This document shows positions 9,113-21,382 of a stretch of 64,000 bases of DNA, piece by piece. This DNA is from an uncultured Acidimicrobiia bacterium (GTDB lineage Bacteria > Acidobacteriota > Terriglobia > Versatilivoradales > Versatilivoraceae). Made by a program: the position numbers and the translations under genes. Numbering within the stretch: the stretch's first letter is position 1; each line of letters begins with the position of its first letter. A model generated the notes under the pieces. The model worked only from the letters and a program-made list of their open reading frames with translations. It had not been told where the DNA came from and did not search any database. Location: positions 1,024,001 to 1,088,000 of the forward strand of contig CAWBAT010000006.1 of NCBI GenBank assembly GCA_963786955.1. Reading direction: 5' to 3'.

Positions 9113-10837
9113 TCACCCCGGCGTCGGATCTGACCACTTAGACGGAGCTGCGATTTTGAACTGCTGACGATACTGCTTCACGACATCTTCCAAATGGTCG
9201 TAGAAGGCATCCTCGCCGAGCAGCTCCCGGAACCGATAATGTGCCTTGCCCTTGAGGTCCTCCATGACCTCCGCAACGACCAGCCGTATGCCTTTCGCCT
9301 TCAACTTCGCGTGAACCGACCGGAGGGTTTCCGCCGCCGAGTAGTCCACATCGTCCACTGCGGACGCCTCAAAGCAGAGCCAGCGCACCGGGGGCTCCGC
9401 GGTGTTCGCAAGAAACGAGATCTCATCTGAGAGTTGCTGGCAATTTGCGTAGTACAAGCTGTGCGTGAACCGGTAGATGACCAGGCCGGGCACGGCTTGC
9501 GCGGCCGTGGCCACCGGCTCTGGTTGTCGGCCGCCGGACTTGTTCGGCACGAGCACTGCATTCCTCGGACGATACCCGTAGCGGGTGTGTTCGATGAGCG
9601 ACAACGCGATGGCGAGCAAGATTCCCTGTTCGACGCCAACGATCACAACCATCAACGCGGTGATGAATGCCACCCAGAATTCCGATCGCCGTTGCGCGAA
9701 GACCTTCCGCATCCCAGCAATATCGATCAGGCCGACGCCGATGAGAAACACGATGGCCGACAAGGCCGCTTCGGGCATGAACGCCAGCGGTGCGGTCAGG
9801 AAGAGCAAGACCAACAAAACGATCGCCGCCATCGCCAGCAGCGACAGTTGGCTCCGGCCGCCCGCGCTGTCGACGATTTGCGTCTTGGTTGGGCTGCCGT
9901 TGACGACGAAGGTGCCGGACAGGCCGGCGCCAATATTGGCCAGGGCCAGACCGACCAGGTCGCTGTTCTCGCTGAAACTCTCGTCGTAGCGCGTGGCATA
10001 GGCGCGGGAGGTCGCCGCACTCTGAGCAAGGATGACTACGAACATCGCAAAGGCTGTCGGAATCAATGTCGTGATGACTTGCCAGTTCCAGTCCACCGCG
10101 GGCAGACCCAGGTGTGGCAAGCCACTCGGAACGGTCCCAAGCACGTGCACCTTTGTGTTAAGTCCGAACGCCCCGCTTGCCACCAGAGCTCCGATCACCG
10201 CAATCAATTCCGCCGGGATTTTCTTCGAGAGCTTCTTGAGGCCGAGGATGACCACCAACACGCCGAGCGTGGTCATCAATTCGTAGCGGTTGACCTGTCC
10301 GAGTTGCTGCAAGTTGTTCCAAAGCTTCCCCAGCGTGCCGTGGCCGCTCCCCTTCAGGCCGAGCATGCCGGCGATCTGCCCCAGCGCGACCTGAACGCCG
10401 ACCCCGGTCAGGAACCCGATCAACACGGTGCGCGAGAGAAAGTCGGCCAGGAATCCCAGGCGCATGACCCGCGCCAGAATCAGGAAAACCGCGGCCATCA
10501 GCGCCAGCACGCCGGCCAACCCCAGATATTGCTCCGACCCGATGGATGCGATCCCCACGAGACCGGCGGCGAGTATGGCCGCCGTCGCCGAATCGGCGCC
10601 CACCACCAGGTGCCGAGAGGAGCCAAACAAGGCGAACAGAGCTGTGGGGATGAGCATGGTGTAGAGACCTGTAATCACCGGCGTGCCGGAGATCTTGGTG
10701 TAGCCCATCACCTCCGGGATGGCGATGGCGGCCAGCGTGATACCGGCCAGGATTTCAGCCGGAATCCGGTCGGCCGTGATCGGCAGCACCCCCTGCAGGA
10801 TGGGCAGATGCCGGGAAATTGTTGGCTTTTCTGACAT
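9113..10837 (-). CDS. SulP family anion transporter with STAS domain
   Basis: AGITLAAIAIPEVMGY, GSSRHLVVGADS, C-terminal STAS (YRFTHSLYYAN, DDVDYSAA); AGGAG RBS at MSEKP. Confidence 0.92.
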   Translation of the reverse strand: MSEKPTISRHLPILQGVLPITADRIPAEILAGITLAAIAIPEVMGYTKISGTPVITGLYTMLIPTALFALFGSSRHLVVGADSATAAILAAGLVGIASIGSEQYLGLAGVLALMAAVFLILARVMRLGFLADFLSRTVLIGFLTGVGVQVALGQIAGMLGLKGSGHGTLGKLWNNLQQLGQVNRYELMTTLGVLVVILGLKKLSKKIPAELIAVIGALVASGAFGLNTKVHVLGTVPSGLPHLGLPAVDWNWQVITTLIPTAFAMFVVILAQSAATSRAYATRYDESFSENSDLVGLALANIGAGLSGTFVVNGSPTKTQIVDSAGGRSQLSLLAMAAIVLLVLLFLTAPLAFMPEAALSAIVFLIGVGLIDIAGMRKVFAQRRSEFWVAFITALMVVIVGVEQGILLAIALSLIEHTRYGYRPRNAVLVPNKSGGRQPEPVATAAQAVPGLVIYRFTHSLYYANCQQLSDEISFLANTAEPPVRWLCFEASAVDDVDYSAAETLRSVHAKLKAKGIRLVVAEVMEDLKGKAHYRFRELLGEDAFYDHLEDVVKQYRQQFKIAAPSKWSDPTPG

Positions 10838-11438
10838 AATCTCTCCTAGAAAACCATTCAGTTCTGCTGCAATAAGTCGTCCGGGTTCTTCCACTGCGCT
10901 TCATAGCAAAACCCGTCAAGCTCGCCCCAGTAAATCGTTGACAGTGAGGCGGAGGTCTGCGAGCACAGCTGCGACGCTATGCGGACTGCTCTCAGACGGT
11001 ATCTGTGCGGCGGAGTAATCTTGTGCTGACGCCTTTCGCGGCCTACTTCGCATACTCCCACGCGACCCGGGTTTGAGGATTGTTACTCTCTCCCAATATC
11101 GATAGGCTGAGGAAACAAATACACGCCAGAGCTGCAGGGAGCGGGGGGCAACTGCCCAAGTTGAGTTTCCGGCAGTGGAGCTTTTGTCTGTGCTAAGCAG
11201 CAAGCGCAAATTAAACCGATCACGATGAGAGCCCCCATCGCCCGCCGCGCGCTGCCACGGGTTGGACTCATGAACGCTGTCCTGTTCATGGCACTTTCCT
11301 CTTGTTCTATCGACGCGGCGCGTCCCGCCGCTGAACCGTGCACATCGAATGACGGGAGAAAGATCTTTGTCAGCTGCCGCAGCGCGCCAAGCGCGCCGGG
11401 CAGATCAGACTGGGCGCGTTGAGATCTGTTTGGGCACT

Positions 11439-11850
11439 TCATTTGCGTTGCCGGCGCTTGACGCGCAACTGGGCCAGGGAGCGAGCCAGCGAGGCGTTGA
11501 TGGTGGCGACTTCTTCGTCGGAGAGTTTTTCCTTCAGCCGAGCCTCGGCGCGCTGCCGGGCTTCTTCGGCCTTGGCTTCGTCAATCTTGTCGGCTTGCAC
11601 TGCCAGATCGGTGAGGATCGAGACGCGGGTGGCCGTGACTTCGATCAGCCCGCCGCCACACGCGAAGAACGTGTCGCGGCCGTCTTTGCGCACGATGATT
11701 TCGCCCGGCTCCATCTGCGTCATCAGCGGGACGTGCTGTGGGTACACGCCGAACTGGCCGGCCACGCCCGGCAACGTGACCATCTCCACATCTTCGGAGT
11801 ACGACCGGGCCTTCCGCGGTGACGATTTCAAGTTTGAGCGTGTTGGCCAT
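11439..11850 (-). CDS. atpC: F1 ATP synthase epsilon subunit (frameshift near N-terminus)
   Basis: MANTLKLEIVT + YSEDVEMVTLPGVAGQFGVYPQHVPLMT...ARSLAQLRVKRR. Confidence 0.9.
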
Positions 11851-11879
11851 GGTTAGCTCCTTACAGCTGGCGACCTCTT

Positions 11880-11916
11880 ATTCCCCTGACCCTCTCCCCG
11901 TCGGGGCGAGGGGAAA
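11880..11916. repeat. Palindromic hairpin between atpD and atpC
   Basis: ttcccctgaccctctccccgtcggggcgaggggaa; same family as 46838-46900. Confidence 0.5.
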
Positions 11917-11918
11917 GC

Positions 11919-13324
<1,406 letters not shown>

Positions 13325-13338
13325 GGTGCACTCTTTCG

Positions 13339-14213
13339 TTAATCGTTGCCGAGCTGGCCGCCGGCAATTTCGAGCAGTTCCTTCGTGATATTGCCCTGCC
13401 GCAGCTTGTTGTATTCGAGCGTCAGGTCATTGATCAGGCCGCTGGCGTTGTCCGTGGCGTTCTTCATGGCCACCATGCGGGCGCTTTGTTCGCTGGCTTT
13501 GGCTTCCAGCAAGACCCGGTAGATGAAAATGTTGAGGTAATGCCCCAGGAGATACGAGAGCACCGCCTCCGGACTGGGCTCAAAGAGGATACTCGGTTGT
13601 GTCGGCGGCCAGGTCCGCTTCGGACTCCGCGCCAGGAATCTTCAGTCCCTTGATTTCGCCAATCGGCAGAAACTCAACGACACCGGCCTTCTGGGTCAGC
13701 GTGTTGATGAACCGCGTCGCGACGACCTTCACTTCATCCACTTCGCCCTTCAAAAACAGGTCGCGGGCAAAGTTGGCAATCGGCCGGGCTTCGGCGAATC
13801 GCGGCGAGTCCGTGAAGGTGAACTCCGCCGCCAACTGCCGGCGGGTGCGCGCGACGAACTGCGACGCCCGCTTGCCGGCCGTGATGAACACGGTCGTCGC
13901 CGGATCAAACTGCGCAGCCACGCGGAACAGGTTGGTGTTGAGCGCGCCCGCACAGCCCTTTGTCCGTGCCGACGAGGATCACTGCGCGCTTGCGAACTTC
14001 GCGCACCTCCAGCAGCGGATGGGTGAAATCGCGGACGCGAGTCGTGGCGCGCCGCTGGATGCGATACAGCAGTTGCGCGAACGGCCGCGTCATCAGCGTG
14101 GCCTGTTGCGCCTTGCGCATCTTCGACGCCGCCACCATCTGCATCGCGCGAGTGATCTGCGCGGTGCTGGTGATCGACTTGATGCGCCGGCGAAGTTCAC
14201 GAGGGCTGGGCAT
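13339..14213 (-). CDS. atpG: F1 ATP synthase gamma subunit (frameshifted)
   Basis: [23 protein letters not shown]; TDKGLCG; [17 protein letters not shown]; [16 protein letters not shown]. Confidence 0.93.
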
Positions 14214-14239
14214 AACTCACCGTCAGCGCATTCCAGCTT

Positions 14240-15801
14240 TCACTTGGCTTTCGGCGAGGCTCTCGACTTCCAGGTCTGCTTGAATTCGTCGGCGGCCGCC
14301 TTCAACTCGGCCTTCAACGCGTCGCTGAGCGCCTTTTCCTTCCCGATCTTGGCGAGCAACTCGGCCTTTGCGCGTGGTGAAATATTCCGTCAGCTTGTTC
14401 TGGAACTCCTTGACCCGCTCGACAGGCACTTGATCCACGTAACCGTTTTGCGCGGCCCAGATCACGACCACCTGGATCTCCACCGGAATCGGGTTGTACT
14501 GCGCCTGCTTGAAAATCTCCATGATGCGCTTGCCGCGGTCGATCTGCGCCTGCGTCTTGGCGTCGAGGTCCGAGCCGAACTGCGCGAACGCCGCCAGTTC
14601 CCGGAACTGGGCCAGCTCGCCCTTGAGCTGTCCGGCCACTTGCTTCATGGCCTTGAGCTTGCGCCGCCGAGCCGACGCGCGAGACCGAAATGCCGACGTT
14701 GATCGCCGGCCGCACGCCTTGATAGAACAAATCGGTTTCCAGAAAGATCTGTCCGTCGGTGATCGAGATGACGTTGGTCGGGATGTAGGCCGAAACGTCG
14801 CCGGCCTGCGTTTCGATGATGGGCAGCGCCGTGAGCGAGCCGTTGCCATACTTCTCGCCGACCCGCGCCGCGCGTTCGAGCAGCCGGCTGTGCAGGTAAA
14901 ACACATCGCCGGGAAACGCCTCGCGACCCGAAGGCCGCTTCAACAGGAGCGACACCTGCCGGTAGGCCACCGCCTGCTTGGACAGGTCGTCGTAAACAAT
15001 CAACGCGTCCATGCCGTTATCCATGAACCACTCGCCCATCGCCGCGCCGGCAAACGGCACGAGATACTGGTTGGCGGCGGAATCCGAGGCCGGGGAGGCC
15101 ACGACGATCGTGTACGGCATCGCGCCGGCTTCTTCGAGAACCGCAGATGACCCGCGCGATGGTGGACTGCTTCTGGCCGATCGCGACGTAGATGCAGTAG
15201 AGCGGCCGGTAGTCCTTGTCGCCGGCCGCTTCGGCGGCTTTGTTGAGCCGGGCCTGGCTGATGATCGTGTCGATGCAGATCGTTGTCTTGCCGGTCGCGC
15301 GGTCGCCGATGATCAATTCGCGTTGGCCGCGGCCAATCGGAATCATCGCATCAATCGGCATGATGCCGGTCTGCACCGGCTGGCTGACCGAGCGGCGGCG
15401 GATGATGCCGGGCGCGATTTTTTCCACCGGATAGCGTCGTGTCGCTCTTGATCGGCCCTTTGCCATCGATCGGGTTCGCCCAGCACGTTCACGACGCGGC
15501 CCAGCAGGCCCTTGCCCACGGGCACTTGCAAAAGTTTGCCGGTGGTGCGGGCTTCGCCGCCTTCTTTGAGTTGCGTGTAATCGCCGAGGACGACGACGCC
15601 GACTTCGGTCTCGTCGAGATTCAATGCCAGGCCGGTGATGCCGTTGCCGAGGTCGATCATCTCGTTGAGCATGGCGTCGGTCAGGCCTTCGATCTTGGCG
15701 ACGCCGTCGCCAATCTCGCGGATGACGCCCACGTTTTGCTTCGCGGCCGTCGTCTTCGCGCCCGCGATTTGCGCTTCAATTTCTTGCAGTAGGTCAGCCA
15801 T
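14240..15801 (-). CDS. atpA: F1 ATP synthase alpha subunit (frameshifted)
   Basis: [11 protein letters not shown]; [19 protein letters not shown]; YDDLSKQA; [21 protein letters not shown]; FAQFGSDLD; at least 4 frame changes. Confidence 0.93.
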
Positions 15802-15898
15802 CTCTCGTTACCCTCAATTGTTCGCGTTATCCACCCCCTGTGATCCCCTCTTTTCCAAGTGGGACTTGAGGTGGTATTCCTTCCCTTTGCGCTCTGAT

Positions 15899-16292
15899 TC
15901 AAAAGCCTTTCTCCAGCGCCGCCAGCCTGGCCTGCACGCTGCCGTCATACACATCGCATCCCACCTGAATCCGCATCCCGCCAATCAACTCCGGGCGCTG
16001 GGTGAACGCGGTGGTCAACCCCGGCCCGTACCGGTGCGTCAACCCGGCTTGGACGCATCGCCTGCAAATCGGCTGGCAACGGGGTGGCGCTCTCGATGGT
16101 GGCCGTGTGCTGGGCGCGGTCGAGTTTCACCAGCCGCAGAAAATGCGCGAGGATGGCCGGGCCGTGCCGATCACCGGTCGCGAGGACGCGTTGCACGACT
16201 CGCCGGACACGGTTCTCGTCGAGCAGGCCGTTCACCAGACAAAGGCGGAACAGTTGCTTGGCTTCGCGTTTCGCTTGTTTGGTGATCTTCAT
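15899..16292 (-). CDS. atpH: ATP synthase delta subunit, short form (frameshifted)
   Basis: MKITKQAKREAKQLFRLC...ATIESATPL then GGMRIQVGCDVYDGSVQARLAALEKGF*; lies between atpF and atpA. Confidence 0.85.
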
Positions 16293-16294
16293 CG

Positions 16295-16840
16295 TTACGC
16301 CGTGATCTGTTTGGCGGTTTCCTCGGCCAGGCGCCGCTGGTCTTCCGCGGTCAGAATCTTGCCGGTGACCGTGGTGGTGGCCTGCACCACCAGCTTGCCG
16401 ACCTCGCGTTTGAGTTCGGCGAGCATGCGGTCGTGGTCCTGCGCGGCGGCTTCGCGCGCCTTGGCCATGATCTGTTCGGCGGCGGCGATGGCCTTCTTGG
16501 TTTCCTGCTGCTGCACGCGGGCCGCCGCAGCCCGGGCTTCCTCGATGAATTTGGTCGCCTGAGCGTGGGCCTGCGCCATCACTTCCTGGCGCTGGGCTTC
16601 GGTTTTGTCCAACTCCGCTTTGATTTTCTCGGCGTTGGCGATGCCTTGCGCGATTTGTTCGCGCCGCTGTTCCAGCATCGCGAGGATGGGCCGGTAGGCG
16701 AACTTGTAGAGGACGGCGCACACGATGCAGAAGCTGATGATCTGGGCAACCAGATGCGGCCAGTCCACGCCGAAGGTCCGGGCGATCTGCTCGACCTGCC
16801 CGCCACTGTCTGCTTCAGCCAGCAAGACCAGAGCATTCAT
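16295..16840 (-). CDS. atpF: Fo subunit b
   Basis: FGVDWPHLVAQIISFCIV..LYKFAYRPILAMLEQRR followed by coiled coil; intact. Confidence 0.93.
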   Translation of the reverse strand: MNALVLLAEADSGGQVEQIARTFGVDWPHLVAQIISFCIVCAVLYKFAYRPILAMLEQRREQIAQGIANAEKIKAELDKTEAQRQEVMAQAHAQATKFIEEARAAAARVQQQETKKAIAAAEQIMAKAREAAAQDHDRMLAELKREVGKLVVQATTTVTGKILTAEDQRRLAEETAKQITA

Positions 16841-16901
16841 AATTGCACACTCGTAGAGTTGGGGCGACCGCCAGCGTTGGCTCTGCGCCCCACGGTTTAT
16901 C

Positions 16902-17108
16902 CTATTTCACCAGGAACAGGGCGTAGAACACGATCGCTTCAGCGAAGGCAATGGCCAGAATCGACTGGACCATAATCTTCGTGGACGCGCCGGGATTCCG
17001 TCCCACCGCGGTCTGAAGCTCCCATGCCGATCAAGCCCACGCCGATGGCCGCGCCCAGCGCCGCCAGACCAACGTGGATGTTTCCGCTCAACTCCATCCA
17101 AGGGTCAT
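16902..17108 (-). CDS. atpE: Fo subunit c (frameshifted)
   Basis: Reconstructed SGNIHVGLAALGAAIGVGLIG..AVGRNPGASTKIMVQSILAIAFAEAIVFYALFLVK*. Confidence 0.88.
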
Positions 17109-17177
17109 CTCTACCTTTCTTTGCTTTCTCGCCGGCTCCCGCGATTGAACACGGTCAAGCCGCCGAAAGTTCATCAT

Positions 17178-18167
17178 TCAATTGTGTTCCGCCGCCGGTG
17201 CTGCTTCCTCGTGCTGACACATCAGCAGCGTGAAGACAGCGCACAACAACATGAACACCAGCGCCTGCACCAAGCCCACCAGCAGCTCCATGAAATAAAA
17301 CGGAATCGGCAACAACCAGCCGAGGCCCGGGCACCATCCGGGACATGGTTTCCAGCATGGTCTCCCCGGCAAAGATGTTGCCGTAGAGTCGAAAACTCAG
17401 GGAGACCGGCCGAAACAGAATCGAGACGATTTCCAGGCAGCCGGCCGCGAAGAACACGACGATCATCAGCACTTTCATAACCCCGGCCGTCTCGCCCTTG
17501 GGCGCGAACAGCTCTTTGAGAAATCCGACCGGGCCGACTTCCCGCAAGCGCCCAGACGATCCAGCAGGCGAAGAAAGACGAGGCCATGGCGAACGTCAGG
17601 TTCAGATCGGCATTCGCCCCGCGAAACAGCGGTTGATCGATCACGAAACCGTGCGAGGTCTGATGTCCCCACCCGATCGTGCCGACCCCGGGAATCAGGC
17701 CGAACCAATTTGCCGCTCAGAATGAAAATGAAAATGGTGGCAAAGAACCAGAACGTCCGCTTGACCAGATGCGGGCCGATGATGCTTTCCAGAAAGCCGT
17801 AAAGACCCTCGACGAGCCATTCCAGGAGGTTCTGCGCCCCGCCGGGAACATGCTTCATGTCCCGCGTCGCAACTCTGGCGAAGAGGATCAAGCCGATCGC
17901 CACAATCCAACTGACCACCATCGAATTGGTGATCGGTAGATTGAAGACGTGAGCGACTTCCTCAGCTTTTTGCGAAAGGTGGTGTTCCTCCTCTTCAGCT
18001 GTTGCCAAAGGCGCGCCGCCCTGTTCAGTGATGAGCTTGCCGGCCGCAGCATTGGCGGTCTTCGCTGAGGCGACCTGCGATTCGGCCGCGTACATCAAGC
18101 CGGCGCTCAGACACATGAAGATGGCGGCAAAAATAAGCAGGGCTAATTTAGTTTTGGGGGCGAGCAT
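17178..18167 (-). CDS. atpB: Fo subunit a (frameshifted) with N-terminal signal-like extension
   Basis: PITNSMVVSW, PGGAQNLLEW, RGANADLNLT, RPVSLSFRLYGNIFAGE, ELLVGLVQALVF across 4 frames. Confidence 0.9.
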
Positions 18168-18469
18168 AATCTCTGCACATTGTGCCACCGGTGCCTCGCA
18201 TTGAAAAGGTCAACAAGCCAAATGGTTCTGTATATACCATCGCTTGTCAACAATAATTCCCCTTGGGTAAACCCACCGCTCAACCGAGGGACTCCGGAAG
18301 TTTGGCAACTCCGGGGGGAAGAAAGCAAGTCTCTCAACCGTGAACCGCACAAAGTTACACGGATCGGCAGAGAATTGCAGCTTGTCATGGCCGCTACGGA
18401 AAAGAAACGGCAAATATAGGTAGGTTCCCCATGCGGAAAGCGCGCTAACGGAACGCTTGAAAACTTTCT

Positions 18470-19090
18470 CTATTCCAAAAGCCTGACGCGTCCAGTCGCG
18501 ATTTCGTAGATGGCGCCCACAAGTTTCACTTGCCCGCTTGGCAGGCGTTCACGGGCCTCAGGGGTCTCCCGGAGTTGCCGAAGTGTCCAGCGAACATTGG
18601 CTTCAACGGCCTGGGCCAGGCATACTTCCGGCGAAAGGTGCGGCTCAAAGTTCGGCATGCCCGGCATAATACTGTCCACCAGGATTTGAATGCGGGAGCG
18701 ATGTTGGACACCTCGGAATTTCGTTTCCAAAGCCGCACTGACCGCGCCACATCTCTCATGCCCCAAAACCACGAAAAGCGGCGTGCACAGGTGGGCTCCT
18801 GCATATTGAAGGCTTCCCATAACTTCCGCGGAGGCAGTGTTGCCGGCGACGCGCACAACAAAAAGTCCGCCGAAGCCAGCGTCGAATATCAACTCCGGAG
18901 GAACTCGTGAGTCACTGCAGCCAAGAATCGTTGCATACGGCTTCTGTCCCTTGGCAAGGTGAATAAGAATATCCTTCTGAAACCTAGGAAAGCGCGTCTC
19001 TCCTCTCAGGAATCGTTCGTTCCCGTCGATGAGGCGCTGCAACGCCTCATCCGCAGAAATACCAGGACCATGGGGTTCAGTGTCAACCAT
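18470..19090 (-). CDS. Beta-class carbonic anhydrase
   Basis: ALQRLIDGNERF, GCSDSRVPPE, RVAGN, LGHERCGAV zinc ligands. Confidence 0.93.
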   Translation of the reverse strand: MVDTEPHGPGISADEALQRLIDGNERFLRGETRFPRFQKDILIHLAKGQKPYATILGCSDSRVPPELIFDAGFGGLFVVRVAGNTASAEVMGSLQYAGAHLCTPLFVVLGHERCGAVSAALETKFRGVQHRSRIQILVDSIMPGMPNFEPHLSPEVCLAQAVEANVRWTLRQLRETPEARERLPSGQVKLVGAIYEIATGRVRLLE

Positions 19091-19154
19091 GAGTGTTGAG
19101 TCTCCTCCTTCTCTCTTAGTACTTATATTCGTAATTTCTGTGACGTATCTGATG

Positions 19155-19360
19155 TTAGGCGCCGCGTGGGGTTGAGGCTTTGAGAAAGCCTCAACGGCCT
19201 ACAAAGTTGTAGGCCGGGGTGGAGCGGGCGCGTTCCCTGAAGTTTGGACATTTGTGCAGGCTAGAGGCCCGCACCACAACCTTGTGGTGCAGGCGTCCTC
19301 GCCTGCCCCCAAGCGGCCTGTAAGGCCGCCACTGCGGGCGGGACGCCCGCGTTCCCAAGC
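19155..19360. repeat. GTAG-type REP cluster
   Basis: cggcctacaaagttgtaggccg palindrome plus blocks shared with 23170-23236 and 41390-41580. Confidence 0.7.
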
Positions 19361-19432
19361 CAATCCCTTCTACTCTTCCAAGTCTGATTCAACCTTATAA
19401 AACGCAGTACTTAGTAGACCACATGCCATGTC

Positions 19433-20953
19433 CTACAGCCCGGTACTATGCGGACTACGAAGGTCTATGGCGATCCCACGAGCAGCAGTCCTATCGGGAA
19501 ACCTCTCTGTGGGAATAGCCAATCCGCTTGCATCTCGATGGGCAAGCACGCTCGGAGTCATGATCTCAACACCAGCGGCATTGAAGGCATCCAGCACATT
19601 TCGCCTGAGCTCTGAGCTGGTTCTTATCAGCCGATCCGGCCGGTCCAACAGCTTTGTCCATGCAAAGAGTTCGTAGTTCACGGCATAGTTCCCGAGATCG
19701 GTTTTAAGTACGAAAGGTACTGGATTCTCCAGAATGTTCTCAGTCCGCTTCGCGGCATCGACCATCAGGGCCTCAACCACGCGCCAATCCACGTCATAAC
19801 CGATGCCAGCTGTCACAGTCAGCGCCAGACCTTCAGAAGCCGCCAAGGCAGTGAAATTGACCACAGTGCTCGACAGAACATTGCCATTGGGGATGGTGAC
19901 TTCTTCATTCTTCACGGTGCGGAGTTTGGTGGTGAGTGTCGCCTTTTCAAGTATCATTCCAACGTTATCCCCAATTTTGACCATATCCCCTACGTGAAAG
20001 GCGCGGGTGTAGGTCAAGACCAACCCTGAAACGATATTGCCGATTGCGCCTGACGAGCCGAAAGTTACGAGTGCGCCCACAAATACTGAGAATCCCCTGA
20101 AGAACTCCGAGTTGGCACCCGGAAGGTAGGGGAGGCTCACCATCAACACGAAGAGGAACAGAATGGTGCGGCACAGTCTGTATGTGGGTTCTGCCCACTC
20201 TGGGAGGAATCCGCCAATGGTTAGAGAGCCGTCCGCCAGGGAGTGAAAGAAGTACTTAAGGAGTTTGTGCAGCAGCCACCCCAACCCTGCGATCACGGCT
20301 AAGTAACCGAGGTTGGGGAGATAGTTGAAAATTGCCTGACCAATGTCCCTGGCAGGTTTCCCCAGGTAGCCCTCCATAGCCTCAACGACCTCGTTGGTGC
20401 GCGGAAAGTGTCGCATGACCAACGGAATAAACACCAAAACTAGGAATATGAGCGAAGCCACCCGAAAGGCGTGGTTCAACGAGGAAAAACCCTTCCGCAT
20501 GTGCCTGCGAAGGCTCGTCGGTGGAGATTCGGCTTGTCGATGAGCCCATCTATCCAATCTTCCCTCGATGGTCCAAAACACAACTCCGATCACCTGAATC
20601 ATTAGGATCAGAATCAAAGTGGATAGAAGCGTGTAGTACAAACCGGCCAAAACAGCTTCAGGATAGCCTGGCTCGAGAATTGGCACCACGGCTTCCAGTG
20701 ACTTGCCTACAGCATGCAATGTGGCTTCCACCGGGGAACGAATCAGGAACAAGATCAGGATGGCCAGCAGATTGATGCTAACCAACCAGTACCTCTTGCG
20801 GCCAAGCTGAAGGCTTTTCACACCGGTGAACAAACCGATGGCCCGGCGAATGATGAAGAACAGCACGGTGAGCAATACTATGGCCACCAGGGTACGTATC
20901 AGCAAAGACGCCGAGGTGGAGACGCTGCTCGAAATGCTAATAGACTGAGTCAT
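19433..20953 (-). CDS. MscS family mechanosensitive channel
   Basis: FGSSGAIGNIVSG, FHVGDMVKIG, VTIPN, IGYDV, AGVEIMTP. Confidence 0.92.
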   Translation of the reverse strand: MTQSISISSSVSTSASLLIRTLVAIVLLTVLFFIIRRAIGLFTGVKSLQLGRKRYWLVSINLLAILILFLIRSPVEATLHAVGKSLEAVVPILEPGYPEAVLAGLYYTLLSTLILILMIQVIGVVFWTIEGRLDRWAHRQAESPPTSLRRHMRKGFSSLNHAFRVASLIFLVLVFIPLVMRHFPRTNEVVEAMEGYLGKPARDIGQAIFNYLPNLGYLAVIAGLGWLLHKLLKYFFHSLADGSLTIGGFLPEWAEPTYRLCRTILFLFVLMVSLPYLPGANSEFFRGFSVFVGALVTFGSSGAIGNIVSGLVLTYTRAFHVGDMVKIGDNVGMILEKATLTTKLRTVKNEEVTIPNGNVLSSTVVNFTALAASEGLALTVTAGIGYDVDWRVVEALMVDAAKRTENILENPVPFVLKTDLGNYAVNYELFAWTKLLDRPDRLIRTSSELRRNVLDAFNAAGVEIMTPSVLAHRDASGLAIPTERFPDRTAARGIAIDLRSPHSTGL

Positions 20954-21244
20954 GGATTCATTTCCTCCTGTTGCAGGCCTTTACACTAAGAATGATCTCT
21001 GGATGACCGGATGAAATATTATTTGTTTGAACGGATGAGGCCGCCGTTTGTGTTAGGACTAAATTGATCAGGAGGCATGGAAAGTAAGCCCCCACTGGCG
21101 TTCTACCCAAAAAGATTTCCTGCCGTCAAATGTCGAAGGACTTTTTGGAGAGTAACCAACGGACTCTGTCTACCAAATAATCACAGGAGTCTACCCAATT
21201 GTTTTCGATTTATTTTCGAGCAGGCAGAAAACATACACGAGGCT

Positions 21245-21354
21245 AATACTAAGTTGCATAAGTTCGTGCTGTAGCCGGCCTCGGCGAGGCCAGCCGCCGG
21301 GGTCACCGTCCCCGGCTACAACAATTACCGCGAATTTGTGCAACTTAGCACTAG
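21245..21354. repeat. MITE-like element with terminal inverted repeats enclosing a REP hairpin
   Basis: ctaagttgcataagttcg ... cgaatttgtgcaacttag; the right end recurs at ~41880-41923. Confidence 0.6.
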
Positions 21355-21382
21355 CTTTTTAAGTCCAATTCTGCGGTCGGGA

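Noticed and set aside
9434-10834. Long + strand ORFs (466 aa here; also 3586-4491, 13599-14702, 54669-56069, 55747-56694)
   Set aside because: Antisense shadows of well-supported GC-rich - strand genes, with no motifs
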